11,939 nt of DNA from Octopus sinensis (Eukaryota): positions 1-11,939 of the forward strand of contig NW_021826824.1 in assembly GCF_006345805.1 (NCBI RefSeq), given 5' to 3'. Under the pieces are notes generated by a model. It did no database searches. It was not told the DNA's origin and saw only the letters and a list, made by a program, of their open reading frames with translations. Made by a program: the position numbers and the translations under genes. Shown here one piece after another: positions 9,691 through 11,939 of the stretch. Within the stretch, counting starts at the first letter, position 1; each line of letters opens with the position of its first letter.

Positions 9691-10352
9691 TCCCCTTCTG
9701 GCGTCCCCTTCAGGTGTTCCTTCAGGCATCCGCTTCAGTCGTCCCCTCCAGCCGTCCCTTTCAGGCGTCTTCAGGCATCCCCTTCAGGCGTCTCATTCAG
9801 GGGTCCCTTCAGGCGTCACTTTCAGGAGTCCTGTTCAGGTTCCCCCTGCAGGCGCCCTGTTCAGGAGTCTTCTTCAAGCCTTCCCTCTAGCCGTCCCTTT
9901 CAGGCATCCCTTTCAGGCGTCTTCAGGCATCCCCTTCAGGCGTCTCATTCAGGGGTCCCTTCAGGCGTCACTTTCAGGAGTCCTGTTCAGGTTCCCCCTG
10001 CAGGCGCCCTATTCAGGAGTCTTCTTCAAGCCTTCCCTCTAGCCGTCCCTTTCAGGCATCCCTTTCAGGCGTCTTCTTCAGGCATCCCCTTCAAGCGTCT
10101 CATTCAGAGATCCCTTCAGGTGTCACCTTCAGGAGTCCTGTTCAGGTGTCCCCTTCTGGCGCCCCCTTCAGGCGTCCTTTCAGTCGTCCCCTGCAGGCGC
10201 CCTGTTCAGGCCTCCTCTTCAAGCGTTCCCTCCAGCCGTCCCTTTCAGGCATCCCTTTCATGCGTCTCATTCAGGCGTCCCTTCAGGCGTCACCTTCAGG
10301 AGTTTTGTTCATGTGTCCCCTTCAGGCATTCCCTTCAGGCGTTCCCTTTAAG
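9689..10352. repeat. GC-rich minisatellite with a 13-bp monomer (consensus CGTCCCCTTCAGG), 52 monomers, and a 152-bp higher-order repeat
   Basis: Parsed by hand into 52 monomers of 10-13 bp, 664 bp in total. The 12-monomer blocks starting at 9766 and 9918 differ by one substitution. Confidence 0.97.
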
Positions 10353-10521
10353 CGTACAATTGTGATCTCGATCGCTTATACAACATAGACACTGGACAAC
10401 TGGCCTTATGACTTCTAGGACTAAAGACTGTAATGTCCAGTGGTTACCTTTACATATTACCATATTAAACAACAGTTATAGGAGACGTTATGTTTATAAA
10501 AGGTTACTCATTGTTTAAACA

Positions 10522-10713
10522 GCCGCCATTTTAACACAGTAGCATTAATAAGTAACCGCCATATTGAAATAATAGTCATTCTACACCGAAACTGTTTAAG
10601 AAAGTCACCGCATTAAGCGGAAATCGCATTACACAATCGATATATATAATATTATAGCTAAATTACACGGCGGCCATATTAGATGGAAGCCATTTTAAAA
10701 GACAGCCATGTTT
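10522..10713 (+). promoter_or_regulatory. Cluster of five YY1-like GCCATNTT motifs
   Basis: GCCGCCATTTT (10522), ACCGCCATATT (10555), GGCGGCCATATT (10669), AAGCCATTTT (10687) and CAGCCATGTTT (10703), all on the same strand. Function is not shown. Confidence 0.35.
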
Positions 10714-11000
10714 AATGACAGCTAAATTACACGTTGTCCGCTTGAACGACCGAATGAAACTTCACGCATGAAATATCAGGCTCCATTACAACGACACTCA
10801 GCCACAACAAACCGATCGACTCAGGTTTTATGGTGGAATTCATTTTGAAGTTTTCGGTGTTGATTTTTCAAGTGCTGTGTTATATATTTTCAATTTTCCA
10901 GAATTTTCTTCATTATTAATTTCACATGTTTACATTTCACTAAGGAGATCAGCAGCAGTTGGATGGATAAACAACATTAACAACCGAGAGTAATTTTAAA

Positions 11001-11031
11001 AAAAATATATATATGATAAAGCAAAACCATA

Positions 11032-11120
<89 letters not shown>

Positions 11121-11178
11121 GCATGTATGTATGTATGTTTGTATGTATGTATGTATGTATGTATATGTATATACATAC
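11001..11178. repeat. (TATC)n followed by (TATG)n microsatellite
   Basis: (TATC)n ~11032-11120; (TATG)n ~11123-11178. Confidence 0.96.
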
Positions 11179-11200
11179 AGTGTACAATGTTCATTGGAAT

Positions 11201-11613
11201 CTGGGGTCGATGTAATCGACTTAATCTGTTTGTCTGTCCTTGTTTGTCCCCTCTGCCTGTAGCCCCTTGTGGGTAGTAAAAAAATAGGTATTTTGTCTGC
11301 CGCTACGTTCTGATTTAAAATGCCGCCGAGGTCGATTTTGCCTTTCGTCCTTTCGGGGTCGATTAAATAAGTACCAGTTACGCACTGGGGCCGATATAAT
11401 CGACTTAATCTGTTTGTCTGTCCTTGTTTGTCCCCTCTGTCTGTAGCCCCTTGTGGGTAGTAAAGAAATAGGTATTTCGTCTGTCTTTACGTTCTGAGTT
11501 CAAATTCCGCCGAGTTCGACTTTGCATTTCGGGGTCGATAAATTAAGTAGCAGTTGCGTACTGGGGTCGATCTAATCGACTAACAAAATTTTGGGTCTTG
11601 TACCAAGAGTAGA
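11201..11613 (+). mobile_element. Tandem chain of ~2.3 family A SINE units lacking the 5' A-box region
   Basis: CTGGGG(T/C)CGAT.TAATCGAC recurs at 11201, 11385 and 11561. The same tail-to-body junction AAATA|GGTATTT occurs at 11286/11287 and 11470/11471. An intact B box is at 11496-11508. Confidence 0.9.
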
Positions 11614-11810
11614 AAAGAATATTACTTTTTTCCGTATCTTCCTACAGTGGTTTGGTTTTTCTTGTTGCTCTGGTCTTCCAAATGCATTGCGGTATTTAGT
11701 CATCCTTTATTTTGCTCAAAGTTTTGATATTATTGTATTACCAGACTCGAAATTTTCTCCTGTGGTCACTCAATGGCGTAGCTCTACAAACCTAAATAAA
11801 GATAAAATAT

Positions 11811-11939
11811 TTCCTTCTCGAGCTATGCCAGGCTCATAAGGGCCGCTTTCCCGGTTTCATTGGCGTATATGTACCCCACCTACACGGGACGCCGACCCGT
11901 CGCAGGGTTACTCATTTAGCCAGCTGAGTGGACTGGAGC
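11811..11939 (-). mobile_element. 3' half of a family C SINE, continuing beyond the window
   Basis: The minus strand reads GCTCCAGTCCACTCAGCTGGCTAAATGAGTAACCCTGCGACGGGTCGGCGTCCCGTGTAGGTGGGG...GAGCCTGGCATAGCTCGAGAAGGAA. It resembles an abundant octopus SINE from memory and shares a segment with 9667-9715. Confidence 0.8.

Noticed and set aside
9689-10352. Possible CRISPR-like array
   Set aside because: The monomers are contiguous with no unique spacers, there are no cas genes, and the context is eukaryotic.
9480-10388. P/S/F/Q-rich ORFs across the GC-rich array
   Set aside because: The 13-bp monomer cycles through frames, so identical peptides appear in different frames. The ORFs begin in SINE sequence.

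Overview
Gene-poor, repeat-dense eukaryotic DNA, most likely from an octopus. That assignment rests on my recall of the SINE families and microsatellite style, not on a search. I find no intact protein-coding gene: the long ORFs in the track are microsatellite or minisatellite artefacts. The window holds a 5'-truncated, heavily disrupted R4/Dong-type non-LTR retrotransposon (RT, CCHC, restriction-like endonuclease; minus strand, ~822-2765). It also holds pieces of three tRNA-derived SINE families, including a promoter-incomplete tandem chain, and three tandem arrays with higher-order structure. The most notable observations are a decayed Penelope-type minimal hammerhead ribozyme motif (7903-7945) and a 52-monomer, 13-bp GC-rich minisatellite that appears to have grown out of a SINE 3' motif (9689-10352). 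A cluster of same-strand YY1-like motifs lies at 10522-10713.
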